Positions 29,727-38,897 of a DNA stretch of 64,000 bases are shown here, in pieces. This DNA comes from a virus, in IMG/VR virus record IMGVR_UViG_3300025128_000015, positions 1 to 64,000 of that record. The stretch is one strand, 5' to 3'. Position 1 is the stretch's first letter, and each line of letters opens with the position of its first letter. The notes beneath the pieces are model-generated. The model saw nothing but the letters and a program-made list of their open reading frames with translations. It made no database searches and was not told the DNA's origin. The translations under genes and the position numbers were made by a program.

Positions 29727-30546
29727 ACACAATAAAAAAAGAAATACTGCGTTTTTGTTTGAGACTCTCATAAGAGAGCTTACAAAAACTGTTATCGATG
29801 AGGATGGTGAAAGAAAAAAGACAGTCCTTTCTATAGTAAAAGAGCATTTTGCAAAAAATACTATTCTTTCTAGGGAGCTAGAACTCTACAAAGCACTTTA
29901 TAAGAGCGAAGAAATAACAGAAGGCTTTGCTGAAAAGCTACTGAAAGAAGTAAAGAGTGAATATAAAACACTAGATCAGAAAAAGATCTTTGAGGCACAG
30001 TCTAAGCTTATAAAAAAAATCAATATGAAATTAACAAGTAAAGTATTTGGTAATTTTGTTCCAAATTATAAAAACTTGGCCACTATACAACAAATTTTTA
30101 GCACAAAGGTTCGAAACCCACGTACTAGAATGGTCCTAGAACAAAATTATGTCAAAACATTATCTTCTAAAGATACTTTAAACGAAAACAAACTCAAGCC
30201 CGTGGACAAATTAACATTTAATACATTCATCAACAAGTTTAACGACAGATATTCATCTGGATTATTAAAAGAGCAAAAGTCTCTTTTAAAATATTACGTA
30301 ACTTCTTTTACTGATAGAGGGCTGGAACTAAACATCTTCTTAAACGAAGAAATTGGAAGAATCAAAGGAAAACTTAATGAGTTGGTCATGACAGAAGAAG
30401 TTCAGAATGACCAAAACACACTTAATAAAACTAAAAAAGTTTTAAATATTATTGAGGAATTCAGAAACAGAGAAGTTGATGATAAAATGATAGAAATTGT
30501 TTTAAAGATTCAAGAACTCGTAAGCGAGACACCAGAAAATGGCTAA
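29710..30546 (+). CDS. Hypothetical head-region protein
   Basis: KHNKKRNTAFLFE N-terminus; the track start is 29689, ATG 29710-29716 is more likely. Confidence 0.7.
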   Translation: MMMKYKHNKKRNTAFLFETLIRELTKTVIDEDGERKKTVLSIVKEHFAKNTILSRELELYKALYKSEEITEGFAEKLLKEVKSEYKTLDQKKIFEAQSKLIKKINMKLTSKVFGNFVPNYKNLATIQQIFSTKVRNPRTRMVLEQNYVKTLSSKDTLNENKLKPVDKLTFNTFINKFNDRYSSGLLKEQKSLLKYYVTSFTDRGLELNIFLNEEIGRIKGKLNELVMTEEVQNDQNTLNKTKKVLNIIEEFRNREVDDKMIEIVLKIQELVSETPENG

Positions 30547-31132
30547 AAAGAAACTAGTAATTACAATCAAGAAAGGTCCATCCACTCCATCAGTTGAGGA
30601 AGCTCCTCCTGTAGAAATGAAGCCAGAGAAGGAGCCGCAAGCCCAGGTGTCTCTAAAAATTAGAAAGACGCTAGATGGTAATTACATAGTATCTGACCAT
30701 ACAGACATTGAAATTGTTATTTCTCCTAGTCAAAATAAAGTTATTGCTTTTGCAAAAGATACTTTTGACGATTATGTTTACGAAATTCAAGATAAATTAT
30801 TTAAATTTCTTGTAAAGAAGGGTATAATAGATCCAAATACGGTTCAAGGCGGTAATGTTTTTATGTCCTTGGAGGGAACTATAACCACTCCTAAAGACCC
30901 ATCTCACAATGCCGTACAGATGACAATACTAAATGTTGGCAGATTTATTGAAAATGAAAAACCAAAATATTTATTGCGAAAAGCTTACGAAGAAGAAGAT
31001 GAAAGAAGACTTACTGAACCTGGACCAAAAGATTCAACAGAATTCGATCCAGAAAGGCTACACAAAGCTCAGAAAGGCGCACACAGACCTATTATGCGCC
31101 CTTATGGTATCAGTTCAATTTACCGAGTTTGA
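30539..31132 (+). CDS. Hypothetical head-region protein
   Basis: 197 aa ORF overlapping the upstream gene. Confidence 0.65.
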   Translation: MAKKKLVITIKKGPSTPSVEEAPPVEMKPEKEPQAQVSLKIRKTLDGNYIVSDHTDIEIVISPSQNKVIAFAKDTFDDYVYEIQDKLFKFLVKKGIIDPNTVQGGNVFMSLEGTITTPKDPSHNAVQMTILNVGRFIENEKPKYLLRKAYEEEDERRLTEPGPKDSTEFDPERLHKAQKGAHRPIMRPYGISSIYRV

Positions 31133-31144
31133 TAAGAGGCTACA

Positions 31145-31480
31145 GTGGATTTAATATATTTTGTTTTGATAGCGTATGGCATGACGCAAATAATTGTCAC
31201 CGGAACTATATTTGATAAGATTAGACCAACCAAAGAATCGTTTCGTGGCTACGGGCAATTATTTCATTGTGCATTGTGCATGGGCTTTTGGGTTGGTGTA
31301 TTTTTGTGGAGTATTAATGGGTTAACAGAACTATTTAACTTTGAATATAATTTAATTAATCCACTATTACTTGGCTGCTTATCATCAGGCGCCTCATATT
31401 TGCTTTATGCAATTATGGGTGATTTCGGAATTCGTTCCGAACAAATAACAAATGTTTATCATAGACAAAAAGGAAGGTAA
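31145..31480 (+). CDS. Small membrane protein (DUF1360-like)
   Basis: GTG start with SD GAGG; hydrophobic segments and LFHCALCMGFWVG motif. Confidence 0.6.
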   Translation: MDLIYFVLIAYGMTQIIVTGTIFDKIRPTKESFRGYGQLFHCALCMGFWVGVFLWSINGLTELFNFEYNLINPLLLGCLSSGASYLLYAIMGDFGIRSEQITNVYHRQKGR

Positions 31481-31482
31481 AA

Positions 31483-31548
31483 ATGAGAAGACGAAATATA
31501 GCAGAAGTAAGACGTTGCTGCAAAGGTAGTATAACCAGGCAGGGGTGA
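31483..31548 (+). CDS. Unannotated 21-aa mini-ORF (RRCCKGS)
   Basis: SD AGGAAGG 5 nt upstream; MRRRNIAEVRRCCKGSITRQG*; the stop codon lies in a hairpin loop. Confidence 0.45.
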   Translation: MRRRNIAEVRRCCKGSITRQG

Positions 31549-31578
31549 GCCCTGCCTGCTTTATCGGAAAACACTAAT

Positions 31579-31680
31579 ATGAAAAAACAAGTAAAAAATA
31601 ATCCAGCTTCATATGTTTGGGGCGTGAAGAATCCCGCAAGAGTGGCCAATAAATATAATGGATTTGGAGTGAAAAAATAA
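31579..31680 (+). CDS. Unannotated 33-aa mini-ORF
   Basis: MKKQVKNNPASYVWGVKNPARVANKYNGFGVKK*; ends 3 nt before the protease ATG; weak SD. Confidence 0.4.
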   Translation: MKKQVKNNPASYVWGVKNPARVANKYNGFGVKK

Positions 31681-31683
31681 ACA

Positions 31684-32337
31684 ATGACTAAGAAGCTTTT
31701 AACAGAATATTTTGAATTGTGTCCTGAAGGTAATTGTGTTCTTGACGTTCTTTCTGAAGGCGAAAAGAAATCTTTCCAAGAAGGCGCCGTCTTTATGGTT
31801 GGTGTCTGTCAAAGGGCCGGCGTAAAAAATGGAAATGGAAGGATTTATAAAAAAGAGACCCTCCAGCGTGAAGTAGAAAACTATCAAACACTCGTCAAAG
31901 AAAGGCGAGCGCTTGGTGAACTTGACCACCCAGATGATTCTGTTATCAACTTAAAAAACACCTCACACCTGATTACAAAGATGTGGTGGAACGGTGACGA
32001 TGTGATGTGTAAATTAGAAGTCTTGTCGACTCCAAGTGGACAAGTACTTAAAGAACTAGTTAAATCAGGCGTAAAGCTTGGCATATCCTCCAGAGGATTA
32101 GGATCTGTGAAAAACCAGAATGGACAAACAATCGTCGAAGATGATTTTAAATTGATTGGTTTTGATATGGTTTCCGACCCATCAACACCTGGCGCATTTG
32201 TAGCTCCTGAAAAAACAATAAGCTCAAGCCCCGAGTTGGCTAGCTTTTTATCAAAAGTTTCAGAAGGTAAATCAATTACAGAAAATACTAAAAACGACAA
32301 ATTTAATAATGTCTTGGATGACATTTTAAAAAGCTAG
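31684..32337 (+). CDS. Prohead core protease (gp21-like)
   Basis: KNGNGRIY, ALGELDHP, LGISSRGLGS, FDMVSDPSTPGA. Confidence 0.93.
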   Translation: MTKKLLTEYFELCPEGNCVLDVLSEGEKKSFQEGAVFMVGVCQRAGVKNGNGRIYKKETLQREVENYQTLVKERRALGELDHPDDSVINLKNTSHLITKMWWNGDDVMCKLEVLSTPSGQVLKELVKSGVKLGISSRGLGSVKNQNGQTIVEDDFKLIGFDMVSDPSTPGAFVAPEKTISSSPELASFLSKVSEGKSITENTKNDKFNNVLDDILKS

Positions 32338-32348
32338 AGAAGTAATAA

Positions 32349-32750
32349 ATGAAAAAAAGTGAAATTAAAAAAATTATCAAACCAATTGTAAAAGAGTGCA
32401 TTAACGAAATCTTATTACAGAAAGAAGGTGTTCTTGCTTCTGTTGTATCTGAAGTCGCTCGTGGTTTACAGCAAGGTGGTACCCCAATTGTGGAAAACAA
32501 GGCCAATGTTCAAAACAATACAGAGATTAGAGAGCTAGAAAAAAAGTACGAACAAGAAAGGCAAGAGCGTATAAAGAAGTTGAATGAGTCCATCGGCTCA
32601 GATTTTTTTAAAGGAACAGCCCCCGCCCCCGCAGCTCCTGAATCTTCTACCAGTGGACCTCTATCTGGCGTAAGTGCTAAGGACCCTGGAGTTGACATCA
32701 GAGGCTTGATGGCAGTTGCTGGAAACAGATGGAAAAAACACACAAAGTAA
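32349..32750 (+). CDS. Hypothetical head-region protein
   Basis: MKKSEIKKIIKPIVKECINE leader; C-terminal DPGVDI motif. Confidence 0.65.
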   Translation: MKKSEIKKIIKPIVKECINEILLQKEGVLASVVSEVARGLQQGGTPIVENKANVQNNTEIRELEKKYEQERQERIKKLNESIGSDFFKGTAPAPAAPESSTSGPLSGVSAKDPGVDIRGLMAVAGNRWKKHTK

Positions 32751-32756
32751 ATAAAG

Positions 32757-32999
32757 ATGAGTAGAAAAAGACCTGTTAACGTCGAAGTTAAACTTCGACA
32801 CCCAAAAGATGATTCTAATAAACTTATTAGAAAATTTATAAAAAAAGTTAAAAAACAAAAAATCATAGAAGAGCTTCGTGAAAGAAGATACTATGAAAAA
32901 CCTGCAACCAAAAGAAGAAAGGCTAAGATTAAAAAATTAAAAAATGCCAGAAAGGGGCAGGCAGAGAGAGATAAAAAAATAAAGCTACAGACCAAGTAG
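32757..32999 (+). CDS. rpsU: Ribosomal protein bS21 (phage-encoded)
   Basis: 80 aa, very basic; LIRKFIKKVKKQKIIEELRERRYYEKPATKRRKAK matches the bS21 pattern (L.RFK+......E.+.R..YEKP...R). Confidence 0.88.
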   Translation: MSRKRPVNVEVKLRHPKDDSNKLIRKFIKKVKKQKIIEELRERRYYEKPATKRRKAKIKKLKNARKGQAERDKKIKLQTK

Positions 33000-33011
33000 G
33001 AGAGGTAAGAG

Positions 33012-33485
33012 ATGGCGTCAAAAATAAAAAAAGGTACCTTAACGGTGAGGTTATCTGAAGATATCGTTCTCAACGGACAACAACAAGGCGGAACAAATAT
33101 TCTTACCATTCCAAGTATCAACGAGACATCAAAAAGAATCTTGACAATAACAACATCTAAGCATGATGTAATGAGTTTCTCTAGTATTGTCGGTAAAGGC
33201 AATTATAGCTTAGCCGATATGAGATACATAAGATTTACAAATTTAGATGACACGAACCATTTATTCTTAATTTTTAAGAATGAAGACAATGACGAATTTA
33301 TTGTTAAACTAGACAAGGGACAGTCTTTTATTTACAATGGTGACCTTGCAGGTGGTACAAACGACACTATGGAAGCCTTAACTGCAGGAACGGCCAGTGT
33401 AAGCAACGTTGGATATCTTTTAAGTGTTTCTGCTCAAGCAGACACCGCTTCGTGCGATTTAGAACTATTTATAGCTTCAGCATAA
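33012..33485 (+). CDS. Hypothetical protein, probably virion-associated
   Basis: 157 aa beta-rich ORF with SD GAGG. Confidence 0.55.
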   Translation: MASKIKKGTLTVRLSEDIVLNGQQQGGTNILTIPSINETSKRILTITTSKHDVMSFSSIVGKGNYSLADMRYIRFTNLDDTNHLFLIFKNEDNDEFIVKLDKGQSFIYNGDLAGGTNDTMEALTAGTASVSNVGYLLSVSAQADTASCDLELFIASA

Positions 33486-33550
33486 AAAAGTTTTTTTAAT
33501 AATAAACAAACTAAATATTAATAACAGAGTGATTTTTTTGGAGAATTAGA

Positions 33551-34030
33551 ATGGCAGTACACAAATATTCAGCAGGATTGAGCAACGTAGGCTCATATCA
33601 AGTATCTGGTCGACCATGGATAACCGGATCTTCAGATTTAGATGCTAACAGAGTTCATATGCTTGAGTTTCCCCGCGTAACTAAGTCTATCACCGTTATT
33701 AATAATAATACAAGTAACGGAGAAGATATTCGAGTGCACTTTCAAAGTGGTACAGCCGCGGCCGTCACTGTCGTTGGCGCTGAAGGTGCAACAGCGATTG
33801 ATTCTGCTGCGTCTGACGTTATTGTGCACAATCACTACATTACAGTTCCTTCCGGATACGGGAGTCTGACAATGGACGTTAAATGCAAGAAGATGTATAT
33901 CTCTAATGGTACTGCCACAAGCAATTTAAAATATCAAGTATTTGCAGAGTTAACTCAGATACCTTCAGGTTCAATGTTTAATTTAACTGGATCCGGCGTA
34001 TGTGGCGGTGTACCGTACAGTGAATCATAG
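33551..34030 (+). CDS. Hypothetical protein, probably virion-associated
   Basis: 159 aa; GLSNVGSYQVSGRPW N-terminus; SD GGAG. Confidence 0.6.
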   Translation: MAVHKYSAGLSNVGSYQVSGRPWITGSSDLDANRVHMLEFPRVTKSITVINNNTSNGEDIRVHFQSGTAAAVTVVGAEGATAIDSAASDVIVHNHYITVPSGYGSLTMDVKCKKMYISNGTATSNLKYQVFAELTQIPSGSMFNLTGSGVCGGVPYSES

Positions 34031-34040
34031 GAGATAATTA

Positions 34041-34982
34041 ATGGGTAGTTTTAAAGCAAATGCATCACCAACTGTTTTAACAGACTTACAAGTTGATGGA
34101 ACGACAGTTGTTGTCGACGAGACAAACAATAGAGTTGGGATCGGTACTGATGCTCCTGGGACAATGCTCCAGGTTGAAGGCGCCGATGCTTATCTTACAC
34201 TTAAGAACACTACTGCTGAAAATGGCGACGGTGGTGCTGAAACAAAGATTATCTTTGAAGATCACGCAAATGCAAGTTTGGCAGTTATTCAAGCAAGTCA
34301 CGACGGCACTGCTGATGATACCAAAGGCGACTTAATTTTCTCCACAAATAATGGCTCTGGACTTGTTGAAGCATTTAGGGTCGCTTCTGATAAGCATGTT
34401 ACATTTGCTGGCGAGACTACTTTTGCTGGACCAATAAATTTTGATAGCTTTTCTGATGACCTTGTTTTCGCTTCAGCGAATAACGTGTTTAGTTATAATT
34501 TTTGGAAAGCATCTGCATCTGGCGGACTTACAGTACAAAACAATACTGGCGGAATTATTTTAGATGCGACAGACATTATCAGAGGCGATGCAAAGGCTTT
34601 TACTATCGCCCCAGCTGCAACATCCTCAGACAATACTGCGGGACAAACAATCTCAGCAGCAAATTTAATTGGTGGATTATGGTCTGCTATGAATAGAAAC
34701 GCTAGTCAAGATGACACTACAGATACTGCCGCTAATATTGTAGCTGGTATCCCAAGTTGTGCAGTGGGTGATACTTTCGAGTTTACATTTATTAATGTTA
34801 GCTCCAATTCTGTCGATTTGGTCGGAGGTACCGGCGTTACTCTCCTTGCCGGCTCCGCCGCATCATTTGCCATCGCTGCCGGCAAAGGACGTCGTTTTAT
34901 GTTTCGTGTAACTAACGTGTCAGATAGTTCTGAAGCAGCACATATCTTTGCGGTAACTGATTCATTTAATCACTCTTCATAA
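34041..34982 (+). CDS. Fibre-like structural protein (possible head fibre/decoration)
   Basis: NNRVGIGTDAPGTMLQVEG fibre motif; lies between the head genes. Confidence 0.55.
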   Translation: MGSFKANASPTVLTDLQVDGTTVVVDETNNRVGIGTDAPGTMLQVEGADAYLTLKNTTAENGDGGAETKIIFEDHANASLAVIQASHDGTADDTKGDLIFSTNNGSGLVEAFRVASDKHVTFAGETTFAGPINFDSFSDDLVFASANNVFSYNFWKASASGGLTVQNNTGGIILDATDIIRGDAKAFTIAPAATSSDNTAGQTISAANLIGGLWSAMNRNASQDDTTDTAANIVAGIPSCAVGDTFEFTFINVSSNSVDLVGGTGVTLLAGSAASFAIAAGKGRRFMFRVTNVSDSSEAAHIFAVTDSFNHSS

Positions 34983-35019
34983 GAGAAATAAGACAATTTG
35001 TCTTTTATGTAAAAAAGTT

Positions 35020-35029
35020 ACTATTTATT
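35020..35029 (+). promoter_or_regulatory. Putative late promoter for the scaffold-MCP operon
   Basis: ACTATTTATT 42 nt before the scaffold ATG. Confidence 0.65.
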
Positions 35030-35061
35030 AACAGTATATACTGAATCAGGAGTAAATTTTA

Positions 35062-36345
35062 ATGTCTTCAATGTTAGAACAAGCGATCGTTGACGCAAAT
35101 GCGTTAAGAGAAGTGGCGATAAAAACGGCCGAATCAAATTTGATAGAAAAATATTCAGGTCAAATCAAAGAAGCAGTTGAAACTTTATTGGAGCAACCGT
35201 TACCTGGCGAAGATGATCCTTTTGCCGCTTTACAGGACCAAGCCGCCGACATGGCTACTCCTGGTCCAATGCCAATGCCAGGCGAAGAACCCATGGATGC
35301 AGAAGAAGACGATATAGAAGCTCCACTAGCTGCTACCGAGGGCGAAAAGCTTTGCCCATGTCCAGACGAAGAGGAAGTTGTTGTTGTTAATCTAGATGAT
35401 TTAATTAAGCAAGCCTCCGAAGACGATATGGGTATGGGAGACGAAGAAGGAATCTCTCCAGAAGAAGTAGAAGATCTCGGTGAACCTGTCGAAGATGAAA
35501 TGATGGACGATATGGAAGATGAGGAAGAAGATCTAATGGAATCTAGTTGTGGTAAAGACGACGATGACGAAATGGACGAAGCTCATTGTCCAGGTAAAGA
35601 TGACGACGAGATGGACGAAGCTCATTGCCCAGGCAAAGACGACGATGACGATGACGAAGATCTTAACGAATCAGTTGAGCTTGAAGAAAACGACTTAATT
35701 GATCTTTTAGAGACGCTTAAAGTTGACGTTAGCCCTGATTCTGTCCGCGGAGGTTGGGCCGGAATGCCAAGTGCTTATTTAGATGAAGCAGAAGAACTTG
35801 AGCTAGCTCGCCGTCGCGACGATGAAGTCTCAGAAGACTTAGAAGAACTATTAGCTGCAGCAGAAGAGTTGCAGGAATCAAACGAACACTACGAGAATAT
35901 GTTACTTGAAGCCAAGAAGTACATCGCGAGCCTAGAAAAGCAAAATCAAAATAAACTTGATAAAGCCGCTCAGACCTTGGAAGAAGTAAAAGAAGTAGCA
36001 TACGCTCTTAAAAACAAATTAGACGAAGCAAACAAATCGAATGCTCGTCTTTTGTACACGAATAAAGTATTATCAAACAGCTCGTTGAATGGGCGGCAAA
36101 AAAATCAAATTGTCGAAGCTTTGATCAATACTGATTCTGTTGAAGAAGCAAAAACAATATATGAGACGCTTCAAAGCGCAGTGGGCAGCACCGGTAAATC
36201 AACAAAAAGACAGCCAGAATCACTGAGCGAGGTGGTAAATAATTCTTCAGCACCAATGTTACCTCGATTGAATGAGGGACAACAAAATAAGCAAGATACA
36301 TCGGTTTCTAATCGATGGAAACTCTTAGCTGGTATTAAAAATTAA
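35062..36345 (+). CDS. Prohead scaffolding protein (gp22-like)
   Basis: Very acidic and coiled-coil rich, directly before the MCP gene; C-terminal RWKLLAGIK; many L-x-E putative protease sites. Confidence 0.8.
   Translation: MSSMLEQAIVDANALREVAIKTAESNLIEKYSGQIKEAVETLLEQPLPGEDDPFAALQDQAADMATPGPMPMPGEEPMDAEEDDIEAPLAATEGEKLCPCPDEEEVVVVNLDDLIKQASEDDMGMGDEEGISPEEVEDLGEPVEDEMMDDMEDEEEDLMESSCGKDDDDEMDEAHCPGKDDDEMDEAHCPGKDDDDDDEDLNESVELEENDLIDLLETLKVDVSPDSVRGGWAGMPSAYLDEAEELELARRRDDEVSEDLEELLAAAEELQESNEHYENMLLEAKKYIASLEKQNQNKLDKAAQTLEEVKEVAYALKNKLDEANKSNARLLYTNKVLSNSSLNGRQKNQIVEALINTDSVEEAKTIYETLQSAVGSTGKSTKRQPESLSEVVNNSSAPMLPRLNEGQQNKQDTSVSNRWKLLAGIKN
35551..35660 (+). repeat. Short tandem repeat in the scaffold gene
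   Basis: GKDDD(D)EMDEAHCP twice plus a partial copy; DNA unit about 39-42 nt. Confidence 0.8.
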
Positions 36346-36388
36346 AGACAAATAAATTTCAATTAATAATATAAGGAGGAAAATTAAA

Positions 36389-38188
36389 ATGTCTGTTTTA
36401 CAAAAGTTGACTGAAGGTCTTGTCAAACGCGACCTCCAGAAAGAAGGTGCTGCTCTCTTAGATAAGTGGGAAGCTACTGGACTTCTTGAGGGTCTTGATA
36501 ATGACCATGGTAAAAATACAATGGCTCGCTTGCTTGAAAACCAAGCATCTGAGCTTCTTAGAGAGGCCAGCTCAATGGCAGCTGGTGACGTCGAAGGTTT
36601 TGCTTCCGTAGCATTCCCTATCGTTCGTCGTGTTTTTGGCGGACTTATCGCCAATGATCTAGTGTCGGTCCAGCCGATGAGCTTGCCTTCGGGACTCATC
36701 TTCTTCATGGACTTTCAATATAATACGGGCCGAATGGGTGTTGACGCAAACGATTCCCTCTTCGGTGGAGGACGTGTCGGTAAAGGCATCATCAGTGGTA
36801 CTGCGGACATCACTGAAGAAGGCGGCGGATTCTACAATCTTGCCAACCACTACTCGTCTCCAACAGGTTCTACGTCTGATCAAGGTTTGGAATTTGACGG
36901 TGATGGTGCACTTATTTCAAGTAAATTGGTCAGCGCACTTACAGAGGCTGAAAAGAAAATCGTTCGTTTTGATCCGGATCTTTTAGCTAACACAACTAAG
37001 TATGTCGCAGTTATTCGTAGTCAAGGAAGCGCTCTTACCGGTACATATGGTACTGGAGATGAGGCCGCATCAGGACTAGTAGGCTTGAACACTAATGCTC
37101 TTGGTGGTATCGAGTGGACAGGCGCCAATGCAGGCACCGATCCAGTAGACCTCGGAGCCGCAACGAACCCTGTAATTATTCGTCGTTTGACCAGTATCGA
37201 TTCTTCAAACCGAATCACTCTTGTTGTTCAAACCGATGGCGCACTTACGGTAGATGCAAATGCAAAGAGAATTCCTCTTGTTTACCCACTTAGGGACACC
37301 TTTGTTAAGGGCCCAGATGGTCTCGGTAATGTTGTTGGATCTACCCCATGGGGACTTGAAGGCGCAACAAACTCGGCTACAGCCGATGGCGACTTCGCCG
37401 GCGTCAAAGATGCGATCCCAGAGATTGACATCAAAGTTGACAGCACACCGGTCACAGCCGTGACCAAAAAGCTCAAAGCTAAGTGGACTCCGGAACTCGG
37501 TCAAGACCTCAATGCTTACCACAACCTCGACGCTGAAGTTGAGCTTACCTCGATTCTTTCCGAGCAAATCGCTCTTGAGATCGACCGTGAGATCCTCAAT
37601 GACCTCGTTCAAGGTGCAACTGCTGGTACATACTACTGGTCGCGTTCACCTGGTCTCTTCGTCAAGAAGGACACTGGCGTCGAGCTTGGTGCTACTGCTG
37701 CTGCTCCGGACTTTACCGGTACTGTCAGCGAATGGTACGAGACGCTCGTTGAAACAATCAACGACGTATCGGCCCAAATTCACCGCAAGACACTTCGCGG
37801 TGGAGCTAATTTCCTTGTAACTTCGCCTGAAGTTGCCAACATTCTTGAGTTCACCTCTGGTTTCCGTGCCAATGTCACTGCTGATGCTGACAAAGGTACA
37901 GTCGGAGCCGTTAAGACAGGTGCACTTAGCAAGAAGTGGGACATCTATGTTGATCCTTACTTCCCACGTAATGTTGTCCTCGTCGGCCGCAAGGGAGGAA
38001 GCTTCCTTGAAAGCGGATTTGTTTACGCTCCTTACGTGCCTCTGCAAGTCACTCCTACCATCTTCGGTACGGAAGACTTCACACCACGTAAAGGCGTGAT
38101 GACCCGTTACGCGAAGAAGATGGTTAGACCTGATATGTACGGTCTCGTCATTGTACGCGGATTGCTTGGTGAAGCTGGCGCTAGCTAG
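36389..38188 (+). CDS. Major capsid protein (gp23-like)
   Basis: KWEATGLLEG, LVSVQPMSLPSGLIF, KLKAKWTPELGQDL, EIDREI, YAPYVPL, GVMTRYA; strong SD AAGGAGG; codon usage typical of a highly expressed gene. Confidence 0.96.
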   Translation: MSVLQKLTEGLVKRDLQKEGAALLDKWEATGLLEGLDNDHGKNTMARLLENQASELLREASSMAAGDVEGFASVAFPIVRRVFGGLIANDLVSVQPMSLPSGLIFFMDFQYNTGRMGVDANDSLFGGGRVGKGIISGTADITEEGGGFYNLANHYSSPTGSTSDQGLEFDGDGALISSKLVSALTEAEKKIVRFDPDLLANTTKYVAVIRSQGSALTGTYGTGDEAASGLVGLNTNALGGIEWTGANAGTDPVDLGAATNPVIIRRLTSIDSSNRITLVVQTDGALTVDANAKRIPLVYPLRDTFVKGPDGLGNVVGSTPWGLEGATNSATADGDFAGVKDAIPEIDIKVDSTPVTAVTKKLKAKWTPELGQDLNAYHNLDAEVELTSILSEQIALEIDREILNDLVQGATAGTYYWSRSPGLFVKKDTGVELGATAAAPDFTGTVSEWYETLVETINDVSAQIHRKTLRGGANFLVTSPEVANILEFTSGFRANVTADADKGTVGAVKTGALSKKWDIYVDPYFPRNVVLVGRKGGSFLESGFVYAPYVPLQVTPTIFGTEDFTPRKGVMTRYAKKMVRPDMYGLVIVRGLLGEAGAS

Positions 38189-38207
38189 AAACTAAGTGGC
38201 TAATTTT

Positions 38208-38237
38208 AAGCCCCACCTTCGGGTGGGGCTTTTTTTT
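38208..38237 (+). terminator. Strong intrinsic terminator after the MCP gene
   Basis: AAGCCCCACC-TTCG-GGTGGGGCTT followed by a T tract; C(UUCG)G tetraloop. Confidence 0.92.
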
Positions 38238-38321
38238 GATTTATTTGGATTTAACAAATCCAACAAACTATTTACTACTGATTGATAAGGCAACAAAGCC
38301 TTTAGAAAAGGAGAAACGAAC

Positions 38322-38741
38322 ATGAGTAAGTTAGGAAGATATTCAGCAGACAGAAAGAAGGTAGCTACCTTGACCAACGCCGTGTCAACAGCAGGCACAG
38401 TAGCTCAGTGTGGCACTGTTTTTATTGCCACAGGCGCTTCGGGTACCACTACATATGTGTTACCTGCAATTGCCGACGCCGGAAAAGGCTGGTGGTGTAA
38501 AGTTGTCAAAAGCGCCGCAGCAGGCGGCGGAGGAACGATTGTTGTGGCCGGACACGCGGACGATGGAGGAAGTTGTATGGTGGGTATTGAAAGCTCGTTA
38601 ACTTCTGTTGCTATCGCCGGCGATGATATTACGCTAGCTAACGGGACAGATCCAGGCGCCCTTGTTGAAGTTATTTGCGATGGAAGCCAATGGCTTGTAC
38701 ACGCTGTCGCTTCGACCGCCGCCGATATTCAAATCGCGTAA
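38322..38741 (+). CDS. Small structural protein (candidate capsid decoration)
   Basis: 139 aa, Gly/Ala-rich beta pattern; own late motif (38267) and SD AGGAG. Confidence 0.55.
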   Translation: MSKLGRYSADRKKVATLTNAVSTAGTVAQCGTVFIATGASGTTTYVLPAIADAGKGWWCKVVKSAAAGGGGTIVVAGHADDGGSCMVGIESSLTSVAIAGDDITLANGTDPGALVEVICDGSQWLVHAVASTAADIQIA

Positions 38742-38766
38742 AACCTTAGCCTTATCAAAAGCATCA

Positions 38767-38798
38767 AGCCTCATGTCCAAATGGACATGGGGTTTTTT
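38767..38798 (+). terminator. Intrinsic terminator
   Basis: AGCCTCATGTCC-AAAT-GGACATGGGGTT followed by TTTT. Confidence 0.8.
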
Positions 38799-38897
38799 GT
38801 TATATCTAAACAAACTCAAAATGCTGATCTGCCAAAAAATTATCGCAGGCAATTTTTGAGATTTTTGACTATTTATTACTAACCAAGGAGACCTAAA

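Noticed and set aside
31546-31580. Selenocysteine insertion at the UGA near the CC motif
   Set aside because: Bacterial SECIS hairpins lie just 3' of the UGA; here the UGA is inside the loop and no suitable downstream stem is evident.
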